Made by a program: the position numbers and the translations under genes. The notes below the pieces were generated by a model. The model did no database searches, was not told the origin of the DNA, and was given only the letters and a program-made list of their open reading frames with translations. From positions 1 to 51,955 of the forward strand of contig JBAUGM010000160.1 of NCBI GenBank assembly GCA_049679725.1: 51,955 nt of DNA, read 5' to 3'. This document shows positions 35,401-44,636 of the stretch, one piece after another. The stretch comes from Tepidisphaeraceae bacterium. GTDB lineage: Bacteria > Planctomycetota > Phycisphaerae > Tepidisphaerales > Tepidisphaeraceae. How positions within the stretch are numbered: the stretch's first letter is position 1; every line of letters begins with the position of its first letter.

Positions 35401-37259
35401 CTCAGATCTCACTGGCTGAAGGGAAGCGCATTCAACGTGACTTCATGAACAAGGACGTGAATGTGCTCAGCAGTTCGACAACGTTCGAGATGGGGGTCGA
35501 TGTGGGTCAGCTCGAGGCAGTGCTACTTCGGAACGTACCGCCCACTGCCGCGAGCTATGTTCAGCGTGCAGGACGTGCAGGACGTCGGCGGGTGGGCGCC
35601 GCTCACGCCGTGAGCTACGCGCGTCTCATGCCGCACGAGCAGCATCATTATCATCGTCCGCACGACATCGTCGGGGGCTCGGTTCCTGTGCCGGTCGTGT
35701 ACCCCAAGAACGAACGACTCACCCAGCGACACATTAATGCGTTGCTCCTGTCGGCATTTCTTGCTCACCACGGCATGCCGGTCGATGACCCACCGCTACA
35801 AGACTTTTTCCCTTTGTCCGAGACAGCACTGGACGGAACGTCACCGGCTGAGCGATTCGTCAAGTGGTGCCAGACGCTGACCCCCAAAGTATGCGGAGAA
35901 GTGGAGCAGTTAGCGAAACGGGCGGGAATGAGTGCCGATGCCGCGGTAACCGCGTCAGCGACCTCCATGTTCGACCCAGCCGGACCCTGTGTTTGGCGGA
36001 GGGGACTTTTGGACCCTGTTAACGCGTTCGAGAACGAGCGGCGCAGGCTTAACGATGAGAAGGCCGAGCTCGAACGAGAGCGCAAAAGCAAGCAAGCGGC
36101 TGCAGTGTTTGCAAAGCTTTCTCGCATTGATTCGCTGATCTCGCAGCAGATGGGCGAACGGCTCATTGGGACGCTGTCCTCTTACAGCTGGCTTCCGGCC
36201 TATGCATTCCCCCAAGATGCGGTTCAGCTGCTCGTGCTCGACCCCAACTATCAGTCAGCGTTGAAATTGGAGCGTGATCAGGAGCGCGGAATTTCCGAAT
36301 ATGCTCCTGAGAGCGAGATCATCGCAGACGGCAAGATGTTCACGAGTGTAGGGATCAACCTGCTCGGTCGAGCTCCTAATGTCCGACGGTTCCGTTTCTG
36401 TGAGGCAACCCGGCGCGTGCGGATTGGACTCGATGAGGATGAACTCAAACGCCAGCTCCCCAACGTCGGTCACCGTCCTCCGAAATCGGGCCAGTTCGTG
36501 CTCCCTTTAGGCTTTCTCACGAGTATCGAAGATAGGGGTAGCCAACCGAACCTCTATCGTCTCCGACCGCCAAGCAATTCAGAACTGTTTGTGGTCGATT
36601 CGCTCGACGAATCCGAGTTCGAGAGCCACGGAAAGCTGCCGGGAGTGACGACAGGTATCTGCCGCAACGCGCAGCTCTTCACCGCAAATCTGGGTCGGTC
36701 GGGCCAAGGATTTTGGCTGTGTGGCAACTGCGGCGCCGCGTCTGACGGCGTGAGGCTGGAGCTCGCTCACGACCGACCATTTGGTGGGAACAAGTGCAAA
36801 GGGCGACAGGAGCGAGTGGCCTTGGCCAGCATCTTCCGAACTGACGTCCTCCAGGTCCGCTTTCCCGCCGTCTCAACCCCTAGCGTGATTGGCGATGCTG
36901 GACGAACCTTTTGGACTACTCTCGCGGCAGCGATTGCCAGTGCAGGATGCGAGCTCCATCGAATCGATCCGTCGGATCTTGAGGTGAGCTATCGCTCGAT
37001 CTCCGACGCAGACCATCGAGGCGAACTTCTGCTGTTCGATAACGTCCCTGGAGGCGCGGGGTTCGTGCAGCGAATCCGCGAAGACTTGCCGGCCGTTCTC
37101 TTCGCTGCCATCGGAGTGCTACAGAACTGCCCCAACACGATCGACTGCGGCATGCAATCGTCTTGCTACGCGTGCCTGCGTACTTATCGCAACCAGTTTG
37201 ACTGGGAGTTCCTGTCGCGTGAGGTTCCGCTTCCTTGGCTTGCCGCGATCTGCGCTTGA
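32439..37259 (+). CDS. Very large DEAH-box SF2 helicase with C-terminal DUF1998/MZB zinc domain (DruE / MrfA-YprA-like)
   Basis: Start is ATG 32439 (GGAGAGGA upstream) inside track ORF 32328..37259; 1606 aa. NAVVATGTGSGKTEAFLLPIL (motif I). FVVLDEAHSYRG (DEAH). ILTSATLG (motif III). SSSTTFEMGVDVG...VQRAGRAGRR (motifs V/VI). Several inserted Cys pairs (CTHCG, CPCCNGE, FRCDRCG...CEMKSC, LCGNCG). Terminal FDNVPGGAGFVQRI...CPNTIDCGMQSSCYACLRTYRNQ is typical of DUF1998. Confidence 0.85.
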   Translation: MIDPFEMWRKLTGSYHSYLSETFPVHASEPRLRELLHSAIRRENAVCKPPLVSMIPAYATALTPDQLFRNASPPRLHAQLRRLSPREFDPGRPLYVHQVEAIERIQLGRNAVVATGTGSGKTEAFLLPILDHCVRTRNKGIQAILVYPMNALANDQLDRLRALLGDSGITIGRYTGQTPENEEDLDEDTRKNAKPFERATREQIRQQPPQILLTNFAMLEYLLLRPSDQTIFKDSSVQFVVLDEAHSYRGSQGIDISLLMKRLQLRFPKKVQFILTSATLGDPRDAGNKDRIANYASELSGAELAPEDVVGGYTVDPFEGVARDELTKDAIARLANLSITQVVDAVASNERTRSLLQSVALPIESGASGVDTLYASLRKLAPLHRFYCALKEGPSTVDALARNLSGPIPAASADDSEIHATISLLAAASLAIPADGRTPPLLAIRLHHFFRGFGGASVLLDSVDTRVVVKKLYLERKAVDDIPDPHSGEEPTGRALVALFTCTHCGMPVAGVEKENDTWKTPLSNRSQRDLDLLTWLEFEQLEGDEDVEGTDGFDPNYMFLCTEESCRAVGEGTPASCGHSGQLRLLRLPQADAQGLRRCPCCNGERRPYPSVLRDFVVGEDAPTALLAEEILRCLPEQPDSRSKPAGGRQLIAFSDARQRAAFFYPYLARTSCEPAYVQPLIAAARQLEDDGDVTTPKRIVEAATQIVLNQPRVLVRRIEGDIEYYEHLAKKPTSEDLADIRESLAAILYEQLGATGRMRTRLPGLCLLGARFDIDDDSLGDAQRRVPELFGDERAGRDTVSRLLNTLIRTQAVEFWPSQVDRRKILGLAEGPTLVTVHRGARSYVERHQMLQWNSIRRSIRGWIIRQALSLREGDPSADSTATAVLDKVWDWMLDAGVLQEHSQHPGEFRLPAKRILATTQGPWFRCDRCGAVTLHLMNGTCEMKSCRGTLHAISREALKQEHADSHRVKRFVQRPLPLAVREHTAQISLAEGKRIQRDFMNKDVNVLSSSTTFEMGVDVGQLEAVLLRNVPPTAASYVQRAGRAGRRRVGAAHAVSYARLMPHEQHHYHRPHDIVGGSVPVPVVYPKNERLTQRHINALLLSAFLAHHGMPVDDPPLQDFFPLSETALDGTSPAERFVKWCQTLTPKVCGEVEQLAKRAGMSADAAVTASATSMFDPAGPCVWRRGLLDPVNAFENERRRLNDEKAELERERKSKQAAAVFAKLSRIDSLISQQMGERLIGTLSSYSWLPAYAFPQDAVQLLVLDPNYQSALKLERDQERGISEYAPESEIIADGKMFTSVGINLLGRAPNVRRFRFCEATRRVRIGLDEDELKRQLPNVGHRPPKSGQFVLPLGFLTSIEDRGSQPNLYRLRPPSNSELFVVDSLDESEFESHGKLPGVTTGICRNAQLFTANLGRSGQGFWLCGNCGAASDGVRLELAHDRPFGGNKCKGRQERVALASIFRTDVLQVRFPAVSTPSVIGDAGRTFWTTLAAAIASAGCELHRIDPSDLEVSYRSISDADHRGELLLFDNVPGGAGFVQRIREDLPAVLFAAIGVLQNCPNTIDCGMQSSCYACLRTYRNQFDWEFLSREVPLPWLAAICA

Positions 37260-37454
37260 TGTTTGATTGCTGGGACTGTTCTGCGCCCGGAGGATTGAGA
37301 TGACGGAGCCCAAGCTAACACCGGCCTGAACTTCTCGTGTCGTGTGTGCACCTAGTTATAGCGTTTCGCTTGACCACCGGTACAATCGGTAGGGGAGCCA
37401 TCTTCACGCGGGCTCGCGCCTTAGAGGTATGCCCCGTACAAGCAAAGGCCGCCG

Positions 37455-38381
37455 ATGCAGTATAGGTTTTCGGGCCACGAGACGTTTCCTTGCCGCTACG
37501 CATGGCTGCCCAAGGCTTTTGGCGAAATCCGCCAGAACCCGAAGGCGCTGGCTGACGACCAAGAGGCAATGATCGCGCTCGGCGTGGGGAAGAACATGGT
37601 GCGGGCTATCCGCTTCTGGCTGCAGATCGCTGGCATGGCGGCCGCAGGAAGCGGCGGCAGCTTTACGCCAACACCATTCGGAAAGGCCGTCTTGAGCCCG
37701 AGGGGAGAAGACCCTTTCCTCGAAGACATCCGCACCCTGTGGCTAATCCACTGGCAGATCGCGACGCACGTCGAGCAACCCCTCTTCGCTTGGGAATTTC
37801 TGCTCAACAGGTGGCCGCATCCGGAGTTCAGTCGCTCCGTCGCCCTGGCCGCCTTCAAGCACGAGGCTCGTCTGCTCGGTAAGGACCTCTCGGAAATCAC
37901 ACTCGAGCAGCACTTCGACGTGTTCCTCCACTCGTACGTCCCGACGCGCGGGCGTAAAGGCGAGGTCTTGGAGGACAACCTCGACTGTCCGCTCGTCGAG
38001 CTGGAATTGATCCAGCGAACCGGCGAGCGACCCACGGGAAAGCAAGGTCACAGGGAGGCCGTCTATGCCTTCAGGCGCGAGGAAAAGCCTGAGATTACGC
38101 CGCCGTTGTTCATCTACTGCCTCGACGATTTCTGGCGTCGATGGCGGCCGTCAGAGCAGACGCTCACACTAAAAGACGTGGCACTTGCGCCGGGAAGCCC
38201 AGGGCAGATATTTAAGCTTCCCGAGGATGACGTACGCGACCGCTTGGAGCGGATCGGCTCGGATTCGGAGCAGCTGTTTGGCTACCGCGAGTCGGCATCT
38301 CTCCAGCACGTCATCAGAAATCGGCAGCCAGAGGGATCGCTACTGGGACGTCTCTACGAGAGGGAGCCGGCACATGCCTGA
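37455..38381 (+). CDS. sspB: DUF4007-family protein (SspB-like)
   Basis: 308 aa. The N-terminus MQYRFSGHETFPCRYAWLPKAF...GVGKNMVRAIRFWL matches my memory of the conserved DUF4007 start (F-SGHETF-R--WL-K). Followed by a large ATPase and a PAPS-reductase gene, as in Ssp loci. Confidence 0.7.
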   Translation: MQYRFSGHETFPCRYAWLPKAFGEIRQNPKALADDQEAMIALGVGKNMVRAIRFWLQIAGMAAAGSGGSFTPTPFGKAVLSPRGEDPFLEDIRTLWLIHWQIATHVEQPLFAWEFLLNRWPHPEFSRSVALAAFKHEARLLGKDLSEITLEQHFDVFLHSYVPTRGRKGEVLEDNLDCPLVELELIQRTGERPTGKQGHREAVYAFRREEKPEITPPLFIYCLDDFWRRWRPSEQTLTLKDVALAPGSPGQIFKLPEDDVRDRLERIGSDSEQLFGYRESASLQHVIRNRQPEGSLLGRLYEREPAHA

Positions 38382-41300
38382 TGCCCGGATCGCTGATCTG
38401 TTTCAGGTACGAACCCGATTCCTTCGCTCAGCCCACCTTGAGCGCGATTTCGAAGACGCTTCGGCGGTGACCGGGTACGTCGTCACCCCGCAGGCGCAGA
38501 ACTACCTGAATCGCCTCGCCTCCGGGCTTGCACCAACATCCGGGCAGCGCGCATGGCGCGTCACAGGTGACTATGGCGTCGGGAAGTCGTCGTTCGCGCT
38601 CGTGCTTGCCCACCTCTTGGGTGGGCGGGCGCGGAGCCTCCCGCCGTCGCTCCGCGATGCGGTTGACCTCTCGCACCTTGGTGCCCGGCGCCCGAAACTC
38701 GTCCCGGTGCTGGTCACCGGTTCGAGAAGCCCGGTCGCGCGGTCGACCCTCCAGGCGCTTGAGCGATCGCTCGACAGGCTTCACCTCCGCGGCCGGCGAC
38801 CGAAGGTGCTTGAGCGGATCCGACAGATGCTTAGCGCGCCCGAGAGCGCGGCCACATCGGACACTGATTTCGTCCAGATTGTTGAAGAGGCGTCACAGTT
38901 TGTCCGCGAGGGCGAACATGGCGTTGGGCTCCTCATAATTTTGGACGAGCTTGGGAAGTTTCTCGAATACGCGGCGCTTCACCCCGACCGGCAGGACATC
39001 TACCTCCTCCAGACGCTCGCGGAGGTAGCCGCTAGGAGCGGGAACACGCCGCTGGTCGTTGTCGGTCTGCTCCATCAAGGTTTCAACGCCTACGCTGACA
39101 GGCTGTCTGAGACTGCCCAGCGCGAATGGCAGAAGGTCGCAGGCCGCTTCGAAGAGCTCATCTTCGATCGGCCGCTCGACCAGACCGCGGCCCTCATCGC
39201 CGACGCACTTAACCTTCCCGTCGAGCGACTGCCACGTGCGATCTCGCGGCGAGCACGGGAGGACATGGCGTCTGCCGACTCACTCGGTTGGTACGGCCCC
39301 GGCAGGAAAGTTGGTGAGCTCACAGCGCTCGCCGCGAGTCTCTACCCGCTCCACGCAACGGTTCTCCCCGTGCTCACTCGGCTCTTCGCTCGCTTCGGTC
39401 AGAACGAGCGTTCCCTGTTTAGTTTCCTCCTGTCGAACGAGCCCTTTGGCCTGCAAGCGTACGCAGAGAGAACGGCAGCGCCTGATCGGTTCTACCGAAT
39501 ACATGACCTCTACGACTACGCGCGAGCGACCTTTGGTCACAGACTCAGCCTCCAGAGCTACCGGAGCCACTGGAACCTCATCGAATCGGTGGTGGAGAGC
39601 TTTCCGGTCGAACACGCGGTCGAGTCGCGGGTTCTAAAGACCGTCGCGATGCTGAACCTTATCGACGACCAGGGGCTTATTGCCACACGCGAGGCGATCG
39701 AACTCGCCACGTCGACAGGCGACAACGATCGCCTCCGCGTGAGAGACGCGGTAGCCAAGCTCCAGAAGAAGCGAGTCCTTTATTTCCGCGGCACCGCCGG
39801 TGGTTACTGCCTGTGGCCGCACACAAGCGTCAACATCGAGAAGGCGTACACGGAGGCCATGAAGGCCGTGGGGCCAATCTCCTGCGTCTCGACACTCATC
39901 GCCGACGAATTCGACACTCGACCTGTTGTCGCCCGTCGTCACTACATCGAGACGGGAAATCTCAGGCACTTCGAGGTGCGGTGCGTCGCGGTGAATGCCC
40001 TCGAAAGTGCCGGACGGGCAGAAGGTCGCGGCGCCGCCGACGGGCTCATTCTCTTGCCGCTGTGTGAGACCGCGGAAGACAGGAAGCTCGCCCTCGCGTT
40101 CGCCCAGTCGGAACCGATGACACGCGAGCCTGCGGTGCTCTGCGCCGTGCCAAAGCCACTTGAGATGCTCCAGTCGATGGTGCAAGAAACCCAGCGATGG
40201 AACTGGGTGTCGCAGAACACCCCGGAGCTCATCCACGACCGCTACGCAGCCGAAGAGGTGTCGCGGCAACTAGCGAACGCGCGCCGCGTGCTCCGAGACC
40301 GTATTCAGGATCTCATAGGGCTACGCACCTCTTCCGGCCGGACCGAGCTCGATTGGTTCCTCCAGGGAAAGCCCGTCCGCATCGCTACGAGCCGGGACCT
40401 CCTCTCGACAATTTCTGATGTGTGTGACGAGGTCTACGCCAGCGCGCCACGAGTGAAGAATGAACTCGTGAACCGGCGGGATCTTAGCACCGCCGCCGCT
40501 TCCGCGCGGATGCGACTCATCGAGCGGCTCTTCTCCTCAGCCGACCAACCACTGCTCGGACTGGATTCGGCAAAGAAGCCGCCCGAGATGTCCATGTACC
40601 TCTCGGTACTGCATCGCGGAAAGATGCACGTGAGCAGGCGGGACGGCCATGAGGTGGTAGAGCCTGGAAAATCGGATGACCCTCTAAACGTAAGGCCGAC
40701 GTTCCGGCGTATGCTTTGGATCCTGCGAGAGAAGCCGGACTTGCGGGTATCGGTATCCCGTTTGTTAGACGAGCTGCGGCGCCCGCCGTTTGGGATTCGC
40801 GACGGCCTCTCGCCGCTCCTACTCGCGGTGTTCGCCGTCATCCACGAGCAGGACCTCGCACTATACGAGGATGGCGCGTTTGTCCGTGAGGTGACGGGAG
40901 AGGAGTTTCTCCGACTGACTAAGAATCCGGCGTCATTCGAGCTCCAATACTGCCGGGTGACAGGCGTCAGGGCGTCGGTCTTCGCACGGCTAGTCCGCGT
41001 ATTACAGCCCGAAGAAGTTTCGGACGACGAGCCGAACGTGCTCGACGTCGTCCGCCCGCTCTGTGTCTTCGCGGCGCAGTTGCCCCAGTACACCCAGCGG
41101 ACGCGGCAGATCTCCGAGCAGGCCCGGTCGGTCAGGGCCGCCCTCACTTCGGCCAAAGAACCGGCGATGCTCCTCTTCCGCGACCTGCCGCTCGCGTGTG
41201 GCCTAAAGCCGTTCGAGTCTCGCGGAGCCCCAGGGGGCGCTACCGTCCGAGGTTTCGTCTCAAAGCTTAAGCGTTCGCTAGACGAACTACGCGCGACCTA

Positions 41301-41859
41301 CCCGACACTCCTGGACGACGTCCGTGAGCAGATTCGGAGCGCCTTCGAACGCCCAGGCGACTTCCCGGAAGTGCGGACAGCGATATCTGAGACGGCACAG
41401 CGGCTTCTCATTTCCATCCACGAACTGAAGCTCCGCGGATTCTGTCTCCGGCTCGCCGATCGCAGCCTCTCAGAACAGGCGTGGGTTGAGGCGTTGGCCG
41501 GGTTCCTCACCGGGAAGCCACCGGCATCCTGGCTCGAAACCGATGCGCAACGTTTTCGCGAGGAGATCCATCGCCATGCTCGAATGTTCCGCCGAGTCGA
41601 GGCGGCGGCGTTCGACGCCACGGGCGCAGAGGGAGCTATCGCCATCCGCGTCGCGGTTACGATGCAGGACGGGTCTGACGTCGAGGAGGTCCTTCACCTC
41701 ACGAGAGAGGAAGAGACGCTCGCGCACGAGCTCGAAGCGAAGATCCTCGCTCTCATCGAGCGATCGAAGCGTGTGGGGCTCGCAGCCGCTTCGCGCGTTC
41801 TCTGGAAGGCACTCGGAGCTCGCGACCTGAGTGGGTCGAAGGTGGAGGATTGCTCGTGA
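38374..41859 (+). CDS. sspC: Large P-loop ATPase (SspC-like)
   Basis: Start is ATG 38374, an 8-nt overlap with the upstream gene, inside track ORF 38185..41859; 1161 aa. Walker A RVTGDYGVGKSSFALVLAHLL. Walker B-like LLIILDELGKFLEY. Its position between the DUF4007 and PAPS-reductase genes supports the call. Confidence 0.6.
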   Translation: MPDARIADLFQVRTRFLRSAHLERDFEDASAVTGYVVTPQAQNYLNRLASGLAPTSGQRAWRVTGDYGVGKSSFALVLAHLLGGRARSLPPSLRDAVDLSHLGARRPKLVPVLVTGSRSPVARSTLQALERSLDRLHLRGRRPKVLERIRQMLSAPESAATSDTDFVQIVEEASQFVREGEHGVGLLIILDELGKFLEYAALHPDRQDIYLLQTLAEVAARSGNTPLVVVGLLHQGFNAYADRLSETAQREWQKVAGRFEELIFDRPLDQTAALIADALNLPVERLPRAISRRAREDMASADSLGWYGPGRKVGELTALAASLYPLHATVLPVLTRLFARFGQNERSLFSFLLSNEPFGLQAYAERTAAPDRFYRIHDLYDYARATFGHRLSLQSYRSHWNLIESVVESFPVEHAVESRVLKTVAMLNLIDDQGLIATREAIELATSTGDNDRLRVRDAVAKLQKKRVLYFRGTAGGYCLWPHTSVNIEKAYTEAMKAVGPISCVSTLIADEFDTRPVVARRHYIETGNLRHFEVRCVAVNALESAGRAEGRGAADGLILLPLCETAEDRKLALAFAQSEPMTREPAVLCAVPKPLEMLQSMVQETQRWNWVSQNTPELIHDRYAAEEVSRQLANARRVLRDRIQDLIGLRTSSGRTELDWFLQGKPVRIATSRDLLSTISDVCDEVYASAPRVKNELVNRRDLSTAAASARMRLIERLFSSADQPLLGLDSAKKPPEMSMYLSVLHRGKMHVSRRDGHEVVEPGKSDDPLNVRPTFRRMLWILREKPDLRVSVSRLLDELRRPPFGIRDGLSPLLLAVFAVIHEQDLALYEDGAFVREVTGEEFLRLTKNPASFELQYCRVTGVRASVFARLVRVLQPEEVSDDEPNVLDVVRPLCVFAAQLPQYTQRTRQISEQARSVRAALTSAKEPAMLLFRDLPLACGLKPFESRGAPGGATVRGFVSKLKRSLDELRATYPTLLDDVREQIRSAFERPGDFPEVRTAISETAQRLLISIHELKLRGFCLRLADRSLSEQAWVEALAGFLTGKPPASWLETDAQRFREEIHRHARMFRRVEAAAFDATGAEGAIAIRVAVTMQDGSDVEEVLHLTREEETLAHELEAKILALIERSKRVGLAAASRVLWKALGARDLSGSKVEDCS

Positions 41860-42665
41860 CCAAGCCGGTTCGCCACATCCTCAGCCTCTCTGGCGGGAAG
41901 GACAGCGCGGCTCTAGCTGTCTACATGCGGGATCGTGTGCCGGAGATGGAGTACATCTTCCACGACACGAAGAAGGAACTCCCGGAAACTTACGAATACC
42001 TGGAACGGCTCGAAGTTCTTCTCGGCAAGAAGATCCATAAGACGACGGTAAACGGCGGGTTCGATCACTGGTTCAAGGTCTACGGCGAAATCATTCCGTC
42101 TAACCACCGGAGATGGTGCACGCGGATGCTCAAGCTGAAGCCGTTCGAACAGTGGGTAGGGGACGACCCGGTCTTCAACTACATCGGCATCCGCGCCGAC
42201 GAAGACCGTGAGGGATACATCAGCCACAAGCCGAACATCACCCCAGTCTACCCGTTCCGCGACGACGGCCTTGTGTACGCTGACGTGGTGAGGCTCCTCG
42301 AAGAGTCGGGACTTGGGCTTCCGCGCTACACCGAATGGGGTCGCACGCGCTCCGGCTGCTTCTTCTGCTTCTACCAGCAGAAGATCGAGTGGGTGCGTCT
42401 GAAGGAGCAGTACCCGGACCTTTACGAAGAGGCGAAGGAGTATGAGAAGGCGAACCGGGTCAACGGGAATGTCTTCTACTGGTCCGGAAACGAATCACTC
42501 GAGGAACTGGAACGCCCTGAGCGAATACAGGAAATCAAGCGGAAGTGGGACGAGTCGCGCGCGCAGCGAAAGAAGCCGAGCGGCAGGAAGAGCCTTCTCC
42601 ACATCTTGGGTGACCTCGAAGATCCTGACGAGCCCAGAGAGGGATGCCTCATCTGTCAGCTGTAA
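41856..42665 (+). CDS. sspD: PAPS reductase / PP-loop ATP pyrophosphatase family protein (SspD / DndC-like)
   Basis: The track ORF starts at TTG 41850. GTG 41856 overlaps the upstream stop (GTGA) and follows GGTGGAGGA. PP-loop ILSLSGGKDSAALAVY. Cys pairs GCFFC and GCLIC. Confidence 0.8.
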   Translation: MTKPVRHILSLSGGKDSAALAVYMRDRVPEMEYIFHDTKKELPETYEYLERLEVLLGKKIHKTTVNGGFDHWFKVYGEIIPSNHRRWCTRMLKLKPFEQWVGDDPVFNYIGIRADEDREGYISHKPNITPVYPFRDDGLVYADVVRLLEESGLGLPRYTEWGRTRSGCFFCFYQQKIEWVRLKEQYPDLYEEAKEYEKANRVNGNVFYWSGNESLEELERPERIQEIKRKWDESRAQRKKPSGRKSLLHILGDLEDPDEPREGCLICQL

Positions 42666-42779
42666 GTACAGCAAATGCGCGATCTTGCCGCGCTCCGGCG
42701 CGAGCGTAAAGCGGCGCCGACCTGTAGAATTGCCGCAGGCTCGATCGGCCGCTCCTGGTAGTACAAAAGAGGTGAGGGG

Positions 42780-44636
42780 ATGAACGACTTGGGCGTGTCG
42801 TGGCTGAAGTTCGTGCGGCAGTACGGACCCATAGCGAAGAACGACAGCATGTACGACGAGACGATCCAACGATCGGCCCGCCGTAACCGCATCCGTCCCG
42901 TCACGTTCGAACACCCTCAGTACCAGGATGTGCTCAACTGCATGACAGGCTCAGATTGCGAGGGCTCCGTCGTCCTTACCGGAACAGCGGGGGATGGGAA
43001 AACCCACCTCTGCCGTGCCCTGTGGGAGAGGCTCGGCGGGGACACAAAGCTCTGGGCAGCGGATGAACCGTATCTGACAACCCATTCGACATCCGGAGCG
43101 ACGCTGCACGTGATCCGAGACCTAAGCGCGTGGGTTCCTCAGCGCGACGCCGACTGGCCGCAGGAGAAGCTTGAGCTACTCACCCGCTTCTCCCGGTCGC
43201 TCTTCAACCCAACAGAGCGGGACGTGTTCCTCGTCGCCGCGAACGACGGCCAGCTCCTAGAAACCTGGAGGCGCCTCCCGGATCTCCCGGAGATCGTCCG
43301 TTCTCGCGCCGCGCTGGAAACATTGCTAGTTGAGGACCGCCAAGAGTTACCCGACACGCGGGTTCGCTGCTTCAACCTGAGCCGCGGCAGCTCCGCCGCC
43401 GTGCTCGACCGGGCCCTCGATGCGTTTCTCTCGCACGACGGATGGGATGAGTGCTACGCGGGCAGCTCGGCGGACGACGAGGTCTTCGGCCCGAACTGCC
43501 CGATCCGTCACAACTACGAGCTCCTCAAACAGTCGCTCGTCCGCCAGCGTCTCCGCGCGCTCTTCGAGCTATGCGACTACAATGGGCTCCACATCCCGAT
43601 TCGACAGATTCTCCTCCTGCTTTCGAATGGGGTGCTGGGACATCCCGATGCCGCCGACCGCTTGATGGTGCCCGGCGACGTACCGAAGATCTTAAGGGCC
43701 CGGACACGCGGCAAGGCGAGTCTCTACAACAACCTCTTCGGAGGAAACCTCACCGAGACGCGACGCGAGTCGTTGCCGATCTTTGAGTACCTCGACCGGT
43801 TCCGCATCGGTCACGAAACTTCAAACCGCATCGACAACGTGCTCATATTCGGCGAAGCCGACGAAACGTTCCGTCCGTATTTTGACGAGCTTCTTCTCGC
43901 CGACACGTTCTACGGGGCCGACGAAGCGTATCGGTGCGAACAGCGCGCCTATATCGAAGCGGGTGATGAAGAGGAGGAACGCGGTTCTGGATTTCTCGAC
44001 CACCTCGTCAGTCAGAGGCGCGGCCTTTTCTTCAAGATTCCGCTCAAATGGGAGGACGAACTCCACCTGTGGGAGCTCACCGTCTTCCGCTACGCTGGCG
44101 AGTATCTGGACCACGTCGTCCGAACGCTCCAGAACGGCAATCGCGTGCCTGGGCCGCTTTTGGGCCGACTGGTCAAGGGGCTCAACCGGGTATTCGTTGG
44201 CATGCTCGTCGCGGGCGAACGTGAGCTTTTCCTAGCGACCAGCCTCTCCTTTGCAAACGCAAAGGTCAGTCGGCTTCTCGAAGAGAGAATCTCGGTACCG
44301 CCGCGTCTCGGCGAGAAGGTCGAAATCGTCCTGAGTAGCGGCACACCGACTTTGAACGTCGCACTCGCGCCCGACATCCAGTGTCCCCTAGCGCTTCACC
44401 TTGTCCGCTACGAGTTCCTGAGCCGTGTGGCGGACGGCGCTCTCCCGAGCAGTTTTAGCCGAGAGTGTTACGAGGATATACTCGCGTTCAAGAGCCAGAT
44501 CCTAGCCGGTATCGAACAGCGGCGCCTCGCACAGGGTGAGGACCGGGACGTCTCGGGTCTCGTGTTCCATCTCTTTGACTTAGACGATTCAGGGGTGCCG
44601 TCGGAGGAGACGGTAGAGGTGGTGATCGATGCCTAA
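42780..44636 (+). CDS. P-loop NTPase, DptF/DndF- or SspF-like by position
   Basis: 618 aa. Walker A VVLTGTAGDGKTHLCRAL. First gene after a 114-nt gap. Size and order (about 600, 520 and 1760 aa) parallel the phosphorothioation-dependent restriction trios. Confidence 0.5.
   Translation: MNDLGVSWLKFVRQYGPIAKNDSMYDETIQRSARRNRIRPVTFEHPQYQDVLNCMTGSDCEGSVVLTGTAGDGKTHLCRALWERLGGDTKLWAADEPYLTTHSTSGATLHVIRDLSAWVPQRDADWPQEKLELLTRFSRSLFNPTERDVFLVAANDGQLLETWRRLPDLPEIVRSRAALETLLVEDRQELPDTRVRCFNLSRGSSAAVLDRALDAFLSHDGWDECYAGSSADDEVFGPNCPIRHNYELLKQSLVRQRLRALFELCDYNGLHIPIRQILLLLSNGVLGHPDAADRLMVPGDVPKILRARTRGKASLYNNLFGGNLTETRRESLPIFEYLDRFRIGHETSNRIDNVLIFGEADETFRPYFDELLLADTFYGADEAYRCEQRAYIEAGDEEEERGSGFLDHLVSQRRGLFFKIPLKWEDELHLWELTVFRYAGEYLDHVVRTLQNGNRVPGPLLGRLVKGLNRVFVGMLVAGERELFLATSLSFANAKVSRLLEERISVPPRLGEKVEIVLSSGTPTLNVALAPDIQCPLALHLVRYEFLSRVADGALPSSFSRECYEDILAFKSQILAGIEQRRLAQGEDRDVSGLVFHLFDLDDSGVPSEETVEVVIDA

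Noticed and set aside
37260-37454. Putative promoter TTGACC ... TACAAT upstream of the DUF4007 gene
   Set aside because: The two hexamers are only 5 nt apart, and no acceptable -35 lies 17 nt upstream of TACAAT. An operon promoter probably exists in this 195-nt gap, but I cannot place it.
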